DNA from: an uncultured delta proteobacterium
Lineage (GTDB): Bacteria; Myxococcota_A; Polyangia; Haliangiales; Haliangiaceae
DNA length: 64,000 bases
Direction of reading: 5' to 3'
Assembly: GCA_963743525.1 (NCBI GenBank)
Contig: CAVUQH010000004.1
Location: 224,001 to 288,000, forward strand
The notes under the pieces were generated by a model, which was not told the DNA's origin, did not search any database, and saw only the letters and a list, made by a program, of their open reading frames with translations. Every line of letters starts with the position of its first letter. Positions within the stretch are counted from its first letter, which is position 1. The position numbers and the translations under genes were made by a program. Below are positions 19,688-27,885 of the stretch, piece after piece.

Positions 19688-20728
19688 CTATTTGTACGGC
19701 GTGCAGCCGTTGGCGATCAGCGGCCCCAGCACCGGCGCGAAATCCTCGGCCAGAGGCTGGGGGAACTTGCCTGGACCGATCGAGCGGACCGCCGCCAGGT
19801 AGCGAGGCCAGCTCTTGCCGCACGCCTGGTAGAGCTTCTGGAACTGGTCGAACCCGGTGCGATACGTGCGGAAGCCGATCAGCGACGCATTGTTGGGCCG
19901 GCGCATCTCGGGAAAGTCGGCGGCGAGGGCATCGATGATCTTCTTCTTCGCCGCCAGCTTGTCCGCGTCGGGCCGATCCGAGTCGTACACCTTCTCGAGC
20001 TCGCGGTACGCCTTCCACATGCGGTCGCCGTAGGCCCGCAACTCGTCCATCTCTTGCTGGTACGCCGCCATCTGCGGCGAGTCGGCGCCGAACCGCTGCA
20101 CCAGCCACTCGGTGGTCATCGAGTCGGCGGTGAACGCGGCGACGCTCTCGTCGAAGTAGGCCTGATCCTCGACCAGCACGTTGGCGTGCATCAGCTCGTG
20201 GAGCAGCACGTTGGCCAGGTCACCGTAGGCGTTGTCGCCATCGCTGAACATGCTCGACACCACCGGGTCGTGGAACCAGCCGGCGGTGGAGTAGGCGCCG
20301 GCGCCGCGGAGGTAGACCTCCCAGCCGTCGGCGATCAGATCGCGGCGAAACGACTCGGCCTCGGCCAGATTGAACCAGCCGAGCATGGGAAAGCAGCCGA
20401 CGATCGGCCAGCACCAGACCTTGGGCTCGAACGCCAGCGGCTTGGACGCCGCGACGAAGTAGACTGCCGCGCTGCGATCGAGGGCGACGAACTTCTTGTA
20501 GTTGCCGTGCGTGTCCAGCCCCACCGAGCGGGCAAAGCGCTTGATGCCGTTGACCTCGCCGAGCATCGCGCGGGTGTAGTCGTCGGTGTCGGGGTCGGAC
20601 AGGACGTCGCCGATCGGCCGCGACTTGGTGAGTAGCTCGACCTGGCCATAGCCGGCCTGGGCCAGGTAGCGGGGAGCGAAACAGCTGCCGGTGAGGACGG
20701 CGCAGACGATCGCGGCGATCCGGTGCAT
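19688..20728 (-). CDS. Putative zinc aminopeptidase lipoprotein
   Basis: YLAQAGYGQ, WCWPIVGCFP, AYSTAGWFHDP, HELMH (HExxH) and FDESVA. Confidence 0.85.
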   Translation of the reverse strand: MHRIAAIVCAVLTGSCFAPRYLAQAGYGQVELLTKSRPIGDVLSDPDTDDYTRAMLGEVNGIKRFARSVGLDTHGNYKKFVALDRSAAVYFVAASKPLAFEPKVWCWPIVGCFPMLGWFNLAEAESFRRDLIADGWEVYLRGAGAYSTAGWFHDPVVSSMFSDGDNAYGDLANVLLHELMHANVLVEDQAYFDESVAAFTADSMTTEWLVQRFGADSPQMAAYQQEMDELRAYGDRMWKAYRELEKVYDSDRPDADKLAAKKKIIDALAADFPEMRRPNNASLIGFRTYRTGFDQFQKLYQACGKSWPRYLAAVRSIGPGKFPQPLAEDFAPVLGPLIANGCTPYK

Positions 20729-20740
20729 GAACCGTTTATA

Positions 20741-21355
20741 TCAGCGCGGGCGCCGCGGCACCGCCAGCTTGTCGGCGACCCGTCGAAAGGTCTCCCACGA
20801 CTGGCAGCCGATGACCGGGTAGTCGCCGAAGAACAGCGTCGGGATGCCGGTCACCATCTCGTCCTCGGCGGCCCGGCGCATGTCGCGCACCCGGCCGACG
20901 TAGGCCGGATCGTCAGCCGCCGACACCGCCTCGTCGGCATCCAGGCCGACCTCGCGGGCGACCGCGGCGATCACCTCGTCGGACTCGATGTCGCGGCCGT
21001 CGACCCAGTGGGCGTCCATCATCCGGTCGCGGAACGGCTCGAGCAGGCCGGCGTCGCGGGCTCGCTCGGTGGCCGCCAGCGGGCGGATCGTCCACGGCGC
21101 GTGCGCCGGCGGATGGATGGTCACGCCGTGCTCGGCGGCAAAGGCGATCAGGTGGCGGTGCATCGACGCCACTCGCGCCGCGCCGAACATCGCCGCCACT
21201 TCGATGCCGCCCCGCGGGATCTCGGGATGCAGCTGGAAGCCGCGCCAGTGAATCTCGACGTCGTACTCCTCTTGCAACCTGACCAGGCTGCTGCGCTCCA
21301 GCACGAAGCAGAACGGTCAGATGTAGTCGCTGTACAGTCGCAGCGCGTAGGCCAT
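20741..21355 (-). CDS. DsbA/FrnE-family oxidoreductase, selenoprotein (U13 in UPFC)
   Basis: From ATG 21355 the frame reads MAYALRLYSDYI-TGA-PFCFVLE and continues into WRGFQLHPE...VTGIPT. The TGA at 21319-21317 replaces the first Cys of CxxC. Confidence 0.88.
21274..21291 (-). promoter_or_regulatory. Bacterial SECIS-like hairpin
   Basis: mRNA GCAGCCU-GGUC-AGGUUGC: 7-bp stem with one G-U pair and a G-first loop 33-36 nt after the UGA. Confidence 0.7.
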
Positions 21356-21372
21356 GACAGCAGCCTACCACC

Positions 21373-22356
21373 TCACAACTTCATGACCACGAGCACGTCG
21401 GACTCGACCGTCTCCTCGGCCCAGCGATGCTTGTACTCGAGGCCGGTACCCAGGTCGTAGCTGGCATAGCCCTGGGCACACAGCTCTTCGATCTGCCGCA
21501 GCTGGCACAGGTTGCCCAGGCCATAGCCGCGGTAGGCGTCGTCGAAGCTCATCTGCAGTCCGCGGTACGAGTCGCCGACCACACCGCCGAAGCAGAAGGC
21601 GACGTCGCGATCCTCGTGGCGCGCGAACCAGGTGCGCAGCGCGCCGCGGGCGCCGAGACGCCGGGTCATGTGGCGGTAGAACTCGCCGAACGAACCAGCC
21701 TCGATGCCGACCCCTTCGCGGCCCTTCCAGCTGCGCTGCTCGATCGCCTGAATGCGATCGAATACCGCGCCCGACTGCTCGGCGCCGACGTGACAGGCGA
21801 CGAACTCGATGCCGGCGTCGCGAGCGCGGGCATCGGCGCGCGCCAGCGATCGGCGGAAGTTGCGCGAGCGGCGGCCGAGAAAGCCGTCGATGCCGCCGGC
21901 CAGCTGGGCGACGTGGCGCACCGTCGTGCCCTGGCGGACCACCTCGTAGCGACGGCTGACCCGCCGGACGACCGCCTGGTGCAGCGGAGCGCCCAGCGGC
22001 AGTCCCGACAGCAGCATCACCTCCCAGTCGCCGGCGCGCTCCTGCACCAGCTCGTCGAGCTGCTCGGCGATCGCCTGGGCGTCGGCGCCGGCCACCGGCG
22101 AGGCCAGACCCCAGGCGGCCTCGAGCGGCTCGAGGTAGCGCCAGCCGTTGGGGTGGCGGCCACGCATCAGCGCCACCCAGCCGTCGTCGCCGCGAAAGAT
22201 CCACGGCTCGCGCTCGGGCATCAGCTCGCGCGCCGCCGGCACCACCCAATCGGTTGACGTACAGAACTGATCGACGTCGTCGGTGGCGCCGACGCAGGCG
22301 TCGTAGTCGTCGCCCTCGGCCTCGAACTGTTCGAGCGTGCGCGGCTCCATGATCAT
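21373..22356 (-). CDS. GNAT acetyltransferase, CelD/BcsL-like (Acetyltransf_6)
   Basis: FLGRRSRNFRRSL, IEQRSWKG, SFDDAYRGYGLG and YDLGTGLEYKHRWA. Confidence 0.8.
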   Translation of the reverse strand: MIMEPRTLEQFEAEGDDYDACVGATDDVDQFCTSTDWVVPAARELMPEREPWIFRGDDGWVALMRGRHPNGWRYLEPLEAAWGLASPVAGADAQAIAEQLDELVQERAGDWEVMLLSGLPLGAPLHQAVVRRVSRRYEVVRQGTTVRHVAQLAGGIDGFLGRRSRNFRRSLARADARARDAGIEFVACHVGAEQSGAVFDRIQAIEQRSWKGREGVGIEAGSFGEFYRHMTRRLGARGALRTWFARHEDRDVAFCFGGVVGDSYRGLQMSFDDAYRGYGLGNLCQLRQIEELCAQGYASYDLGTGLEYKHRWAEETVESDVLVVMKL

Positions 22357-24029
22357 TGGGCGACGATCAGCACCACGCCGACGCGCCCACTGTCCGGATC
22401 CTGGGCGACGCCGATGCCGGCGCGGGTCATGTGTGCATCACCACCGCCCCCGGGCAGCGACACGTCCTTCAGATCGAACACCGTCTGCGCCGACACGCCG
22501 GCGGCCTCGACCAGTGGGCGCGCCTCGGCGCCCACGCGATCGGCCAGACCGTCGAGCTTGCCAGCGGACGCGCGCTGGGCTCCGCGCCGGGCCACGGCGT
22601 CGAGGTCGGTGTCGACCTCGAGCGGCGGCGCCCCGGCGTCGGCGCGCGCTCGCGCCAGGCGCGCGCGGATCTCCACCACCGCCTGCGCCGGGTTGACGGT
22701 GGCCACCGGCCGGGCGAACACCTGGGTGAGCAGCCACTCGACCCGACCGTCGTCGTGCTCGCGCCTGGCCAGACCGATGCCGACGTGGGTGAACAGCGGC
22801 TGGGCGATGTTCTTGCGGTGGCCGACGCTGGCCATCAGCGACGCCTCCGCTTCGGCGATGCCGTCGTTGAGCGCCAGGTTCTCGCCGGTGGCGCTGCTGC
22901 GGTATCCGGCCGCGCGCAGGCGGTCGCTGACCAGCCCGGTGGTCGGCGACTGGTGGCCGAAGTAACCGCGGTCGCGCATCTCGTCCGAGTGCGCGCGCGC
23001 CACCGCCGACAGCGCCGGATCGAGCGCCAGCGGCGGTGCGCCCAGACGCCGGCGGTCGAGCGACAACAGCTCGTAGGCAAACCGCTCGGCCGAGGCCAGG
23101 TCGCCGAGGTCGTCCTCGGACGGCGGCACCAGCACATCGATCGACCGCGGCAGCGCGTCGCCGACCTCGACGGTGAGCTGCAGCAGCTTGTCCGGCCCCG
23201 ACGGACCGACGCCGTCGATCGACATCGCCAGCTGCCCGTCGACGTCGCCGGTGGGAACGTTGACCTCGAAGCGGTCGCCGCTGCGGGTGATCGGCACGTC
23301 GGCCAGCTTGCCGTCGGGGTAGAGCACGGCGGCGGTCAGCTCGTGATGGTCGGGCGCGCTGCCGCGGACCCGCCAGGTGGTGCCGGACGCCGCCGACCGC
23401 GGCGTCGGCTCGAGCTGATAGCCGCGCCGCGCGGTCAACACCACGATGTTGCGGTCCAGCCCTTTGCCCTCGGCGGCGGCCTCGCCGACGCCCACGTGCA
23501 GCGGCCCCGAGCCGGCGGTCGGCTGGCCCACGGCGCCGCGCACCGCCCGCTCCATCGCCTGGCTGCCGGGCGCATTGGTGCGGACCACGAACTGCGCGAC
23601 GGTCGACTCGGGAGCGCCGGCGGAGTGGAGCAGGAACGCCAGCGCGCCGTCGGGCGGTCGCGCGCCCAGCGCCGCGGTCTGCGCCGCGATCTCGCCCGCG
23701 GCGCGCGACAGGTACGGGTCGTAGACGGCGTCGGCCATGGCCGCGCGCACGGCCGCCCGGTAGCCATCGTCGCCGGGGCGATCGTCCTGCGGACCCAGAT
23801 ACGCCTGCGCCGGCGCCCCGGTCAGCAGCGACAGCTCGACCGCGCGACCCGACAGGTCGACCTCGTTGAAGTCGGCCGGTGCGGCGCCGTCGGGGACGGG
23901 TCCCGCCATGGTCGCACCGCCGGCATCGACGCCGCCGGTGACGCGATGGACCAGCCCGGCCAGGCGGTCGCGTACGAGCCACACCGCGGCGACGACCACC
24001 AGGGCAATGATGAACGCGCGCGGCCGCAT
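22353..24029 (-). CDS. Membrane-anchored CAP/SCP-domain protein
   Basis: ARAHSDEMRDRGYFGHQSP, GENLA, LMASVGHRKNI, FTHVGIG and TQVFA, plus a second degenerate CAP domain at the C-terminus. Confidence 0.85.
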   Translation of the reverse strand: MRPRAFIIALVVVAAVWLVRDRLAGLVHRVTGGVDAGGATMAGPVPDGAAPADFNEVDLSGRAVELSLLTGAPAQAYLGPQDDRPGDDGYRAAVRAAMADAVYDPYLSRAAGEIAAQTAALGARPPDGALAFLLHSAGAPESTVAQFVVRTNAPGSQAMERAVRGAVGQPTAGSGPLHVGVGEAAAEGKGLDRNIVVLTARRGYQLEPTPRSAASGTTWRVRGSAPDHHELTAAVLYPDGKLADVPITRSGDRFEVNVPTGDVDGQLAMSIDGVGPSGPDKLLQLTVEVGDALPRSIDVLVPPSEDDLGDLASAERFAYELLSLDRRRLGAPPLALDPALSAVARAHSDEMRDRGYFGHQSPTTGLVSDRLRAAGYRSSATGENLALNDGIAEAEASLMASVGHRKNIAQPLFTHVGIGLARREHDDGRVEWLLTQVFARPVATVNPAQAVVEIRARLARARADAGAPPLEVDTDLDAVARRGAQRASAGKLDGLADRVGAEARPLVEAAGVSAQTVFDLKDVSLPGGGGDAHMTRAGIGVAQDPDSGRVGVVLIVAQ

Positions 24030-24039
24030 GCCGCTCAGG

Positions 24040-24915
24040 TCATACCAGGAAGTCGAGCATCTGCACGCGCGTCAGGTAGCCCTCGAGCACGGCGATGTAT
24101 TCGTCGAGCATCGGGTCCAGCGCGACGTCAACTCGGCCGTTGATCACCCGCAGGATGCGCCCGCTCACGGGGATCTCCGGCCCCGACAGCGACAGCACCG
24201 CGACGATCCGCTCGTCGGCCGACGCCTCGGCGCCGGGCGGGTTGCGGAACGACAGGTGGGTGCGCGAAATCTCGACCACCTGCGCGGCCACGCCCTGGTC
24301 GAACCGCAACAGCGAGACCAGCGAAGCCGGCGGGGCGACCCGGTAGTTGACGCGCCGGTTGCGCTGGATCAGCTGCTCGATGGTGTCGTGCAGCGGGGCG
24401 CTGATCTCGGTGTCGGCGCTCTCGAGCACCAGCTCGCGCATCTCCTTCATCGCCTTCTGCGTGCGCACGATGTTGGAGCGCATGTCCTGCAGGCGCGTCT
24501 GGTCGCGGGCGATCTTCTCGGCGACGATGTGCATCAGGTTCTGCTGGAAGCCGAGCCCGATGTCGGGCGAGGCCTCGAACAGCTCGAGCAACCGGGTCAC
24601 CGGCACGCGCCACAGCTCGGAGTCGGCCGTAAACTTGGCGGTCGAGTTGCGCCGCCGGCCGGTGAGCGCACCGAGCTCGCCGATCACCGCGAGTGGGTGC
24701 AGCGTGTAGATCTCGTCGTCGTCGGCGTCGAGCTCGACCTGGCCCTTGGTCAGGACGTAGAACTCCTCGGCGTGGTCGCCGGCGCCGAACAGCGGTCCTT
24801 CGGTTGGTTTGACTCTCTCGAACAGTCCGACGATGGCGTCGAGCTGGCGATCGTCGAATCCGTCGAGGAGCGGCACGCTGCGGAGCTGGTCGTGATCGAT
24901 AGCAGGTCGGCTCAT
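24040..24915 (-). CDS. Cyclic-nucleotide-binding domain protein with coiled coil and C-terminal PilZ-like domain
   Basis: LFGAGDHAEEFYVLTKGQV and IGELGALTGRRRNSTA (cNMP); RRVNYRV and VVEISRTHLSF (PilZ-like). Confidence 0.75.
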   Translation of the reverse strand: MSRPAIDHDQLRSVPLLDGFDDRQLDAIVGLFERVKPTEGPLFGAGDHAEEFYVLTKGQVELDADDDEIYTLHPLAVIGELGALTGRRRNSTAKFTADSELWRVPVTRLLELFEASPDIGLGFQQNLMHIVAEKIARDQTRLQDMRSNIVRTQKAMKEMRELVLESADTEISAPLHDTIEQLIQRNRRVNYRVAPPASLVSLLRFDQGVAAQVVEISRTHLSFRNPPGAEASADERIVAVLSLSGPEIPVSGRILRVINGRVDVALDPMLDEYIAVLEGYLTRVQMLDFLV

Positions 24916-25017
24916 GACCGCCGGAGTCTACCACCGGGTTGCCATCGGGAGTGACCCTGCGCACCAGGCGTTCTCCGGGGCGGTGCGGGGAGTCCGCGGT
25001 CGGAGTATGCTCGGCCC

Positions 25018-26004
25018 ATGCTGCGAAGCGTCGTTGCCGCGCTCACTGCTGCGGCCCTGTCCACCGGCTGCCTCAGCCAGAGCTACATCATCCCCAAGCA
25101 GGAGCTGCGCGCCCTGGCCCAGACCCCGCCGGAACAGCGGGGTCAGCACGTCCGAGTGCGTCAGGCCTTCGACGGCGAGGACGAGCCGCCGGCGGCGCCG
25201 CGGGTGGACTCGGGAACCACCGTGGTCATCGTCGCCACCCCCGGCCCGCGCCACGTGCACCGCGTGCCCGCGCACCACCACCACGGCAACGTCCCCAGCG
25301 CCAAGAACGAGTCGGACAAGGCGTGGTTCTGGGTCGTCGTCGCCGTCGCCGTCGGCATCGGCCTGGCGGCCACCGAGGGCGCCCGCTACGACGGCTGGGT
25401 GCAGCTCAACCCGATGCACCCGGTGCACCTGTACGGCCCGATGGGCGAGTACACCTGGGTGCCGCTGGCGCAGCTCGATCCGCAGACCGCCGAGTGGGCG
25501 CAAAAGGCGATCGTGCGCCCGAGCGAGGGCCCGTGGCGGGAGCTGGGTCGCGCACCGCTCGACCGCCGCGGCTGGGCCTACTCGATCCTTCTCGGCTCGG
25601 CGCAGATGCCATCGGTCTACGGCGGCGACAAGGTCGGCTTCATGAGCCACATCCAGATCGGCGGCTATCCCGATCAGCACCTCGGCGTGATGCTCGACAT
25701 CGGCCTCGGCTGGGCGCAGAACGACCTCGGCGCGACCATCTTCGACTCGCGCTGGGGACTGGAGCTGCAGGTCATGCCGGTGGACGCGGGGCCGTTCCAC
25801 GCCGGGCTGTTCGGCCAGGGCGGGCTGGGCTCGCGCCTCGAAGACGGGCCCAAGGACGCCAGCCGTCAGGGTGTGATCTACGGCGGCGGCGCGATGTTGC
25901 AGCTCGAGCTGACCACGCACCTCACGCTGACCGGTCGCGCCGGGATCACGCGCACCTTTGGCAGCACCGTCGCCGACATCACCGGCGGTATCAGCGTCTA
26001 CTAG
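25018..26004 (+). CDS. Hypothetical lipoprotein, possible C-terminal beta-barrel
   Basis: Lipobox LSTGC; alternating beta-strand pattern ending in GISVY. Confidence 0.65.
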   Translation: MLRSVVAALTAAALSTGCLSQSYIIPKQELRALAQTPPEQRGQHVRVRQAFDGEDEPPAAPRVDSGTTVVIVATPGPRHVHRVPAHHHHGNVPSAKNESDKAWFWVVVAVAVGIGLAATEGARYDGWVQLNPMHPVHLYGPMGEYTWVPLAQLDPQTAEWAQKAIVRPSEGPWRELGRAPLDRRGWAYSILLGSAQMPSVYGGDKVGFMSHIQIGGYPDQHLGVMLDIGLGWAQNDLGATIFDSRWGLELQVMPVDAGPFHAGLFGQGGLGSRLEDGPKDASRQGVIYGGGAMLQLELTTHLTLTGRAGITRTFGSTVADITGGISVY

Positions 26005-26007
26005 CGG

Positions 26008-26466
26008 CTACTCCATCCCGATCCACTGCGTGATCAGGGAGACCTCGTCCTGCGTGCACGTGGCGTAGGGGACGCCGGCGGCGGTGCAGAGCGCGTCGCC
26101 GGTGTGGTCGCCCTTGGTCACCAGCAGGCTGGCCGTCGGCGTCGTCAGGTTGACCAGCCGGGCGCTGCCGACCAGCTGGGTGTAGGCGTCCGCCACGGTC
26201 AGGCCGAGGAAGTCGGGCCCGTTGGCCGCGTCGTTGCCCGCGTGGCACGACGCGCACGATCCTTTGGGCCGTGCCTCGCTGAGCAGCGGGGCGACATTGG
26301 TGTCGAAGAAGGTCTTGGCTGCGGCTCCGCCGCCGGTTCCGCCGTCCGGACCGGCCCCTGGCCCACCACCGCTTCCGATGGGGTCGGTGGTCTCGAGGGT
26401 TCCGACACAGGCACCGGCGCCCAGCACCAGCGAGAACGCGAGCGCGAATACTATGCGGCACGTCAT
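26008..26466 (-). CDS. Small lipoprotein c-type cytochrome (single CxxCH)
   Basis: Lipobox GAGAC, then FFDTNVAPLL...CASCH...SLLVTKGDH...ITQWI. Confidence 0.7.
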   Translation of the reverse strand: MTCRIVFALAFSLVLGAGACVGTLETTDPIGSGGGPGAGPDGGTGGGAAAKTFFDTNVAPLLSEARPKGSCASCHAGNDAANGPDFLGLTVADAYTQLVGSARLVNLTTPTASLLVTKGDHTGDALCTAAGVPYATCTQDEVSLITQWIGME

Positions 26467-26482
26467 GGCGGTGACATCCCGG

Positions 26483-26498
26483 TGCAACTCGCAGACCA
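26483..26498 (-). promoter_or_regulatory. Candidate sigma-54 promoter
   Basis: Minus strand TGGTCTGCGAGTTGCA = GG-N10-GC, 16 nt before ATG 26466. Confidence 0.55.
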
Positions 26499-26600
26499 GC
26501 CTCAAGTATGCGAAACCGCGCGTGGGGGCACCGGCCCTTGGGGCATCGGCCCCCGTCCCCCGGACGACACCCCCACCCTGCTTCCGGATTTGGGGGCGGA

Positions 26601-27038
26601 TCACCCCCCGACGATGGTCACGGTGACCCGCCGTCGATGGCCGGCGTGGCGGTGCTCCCACAGGTAGACGCCTTGCCAGGTTCCCAGGGCGCAGCGGCCC
26701 CCGGCGACCGGGATCGAGATCGAGCACTGCGTCAGAATGCTGCGCACGTGGGCCGGCATGTCGTCGGGCCCTTCGTCGGTGTGGTGGAACAGCGGATCGC
26801 CGTCCGGCACCAGCCGCGCGGCGAACCGCTCCAGATCGTCGCGCACCGTCGGGTCCGCGTTCTCGCAGATGATCAGCGACGCGCTGGTGTGGTGTACGAA
26901 CACCGTACACAGACCGGTGTCGAGCTCGGCCTCGGCGACGATGCGCTGGACGTCGTCGGTGATGTCGACGGTGCCCCGCCCGCGCGTGCTCACCGACAGC
27001 GTGCGCGAGTGGATTCGGGTGACCGGTTGGCTCGCCAT
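26601..27038 (-). CDS. yjbQ: YjbQ / UPF0047 family protein
   Basis: HTSASLIICENADPTV, HTDEGPDDMPAHVRS and LGTWQGVYLWEHR. Confidence 0.93.
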   Translation of the reverse strand: MASQPVTRIHSRTLSVSTRGRGTVDITDDVQRIVAEAELDTGLCTVFVHHTSASLIICENADPTVRDDLERFAARLVPDGDPLFHHTDEGPDDMPAHVRSILTQCSISIPVAGGRCALGTWQGVYLWEHRHAGHRRRVTVTIVGG

Positions 27039-27072
27039 GGGCGAACCATACACCGGGCAGCCCGCAGCGTGG

Positions 27073-27501
27073 CTACGGCTTGGGCGCGCAGCAGCCGGAC
27101 GAGACCACGGGCTCGAACATGTGCTCCGCATCGCCGGTCCGAACCCACAGCTCCCACGGGTTGCCGTCCGGGTCGTTGACCCACAGCTTGTCGGCCAGCG
27201 CGTAGCAACAGACCTTGGCGTCCTCGACCCGGTAGGTGACGCCGGCCTCGTCCAGGCGCGCGCGCCACGCGGCGAGCGCCTCGGACGACTCGACCTCGAC
27301 GCCGTGGTGGTGGACGCCACCCGGCGGGGTCGCGTCCTCGCCGCTCGCCACCAGCGCCAGATGGATCGCCGGCTCGTCGAGGCGGAAGTTGGCGTAGTCG
27401 TCCTTGACCTTCGACGGCTCGACACCGAACAGGCCGGCGTAGAACGCGATCGATCGATCCAGATCGGAAACAGGCACACTCACGTGAACTCGCAGGGACA
27501 T
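27073..27501 (-). CDS. ArsI/CadI-family VOC metalloenzyme (putative organoarsenical C-As lyase)
   Basis: RVHVSVPVSDLDRSIAFY, YANF, HHGVEV and CCYALADKLWVNDPDGNPWE. Confidence 0.9.
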   Translation of the reverse strand: MSLRVHVSVPVSDLDRSIAFYAGLFGVEPSKVKDDYANFRLDEPAIHLALVASGEDATPPGGVHHHGVEVESSEALAAWRARLDEAGVTYRVEDAKVCCYALADKLWVNDPDGNPWELWVRTGDAEHMFEPVVSSGCCAPKP

Positions 27502-27515
27502 GGGAAATTCGCCTC

Positions 27516-27818
27516 CTAACAACACGACGACGACTGCTCGCGCAGGCCGTCGACCAGGGCAGCGAGATCGCCGAGCACCCGCGCGTCCACGCAGTAGCAG
27601 CGGCGCGGCCCGTCGATCTCGCCGGTGACGATGCCGGCTTCCTTGAGCACCTTGAGATGCTGCGACACCGTGGACTGTGCGTACGGGAGCTCGTCGACGA
27701 TGTCGCCGCACACGCAGCTACCTCGATCGAGCAGGTAGCGCACGATCCGCACCCGCGCGGGGTGCGCCAGGGCCTTGCACAGCCGGGCCACGGTGTCGTC
27801 GTCTACGATCGCCTTCAT
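27516..27818 (-). CDS. arsR: ArsR/SmtB metalloregulator
   Basis: [32 protein letters not shown] and C-terminal CC. Confidence 0.9.
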   Translation of the reverse strand: MKAIVDDDTVARLCKALAHPARVRIVRYLLDRGSCVCGDIVDELPYAQSTVSQHLKVLKEAGIVTGEIDGPRRCYCVDARVLGDLAALVDGLREQSSSCC

Positions 27819-27820
27819 CG

Positions 27821-27863
27821 CCTATCGTCGATTTACGATAGGACTACCCTGCCCCGCTGTCAA
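27821..27863 (-). promoter_or_regulatory. Sigma-70 promoter overlapped by a palindromic ArsR-type operator
   Basis: TTGACA (27863-27858), 17-nt spacer, TATCGT (27840-27835). Perfect inverted repeat CCTATCGT-N6-ACGATAGG at 27821-27842. Confidence 0.8.
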
Positions 27864-27885
27864 GGGCGCCTTTCGCCCGAATCGG

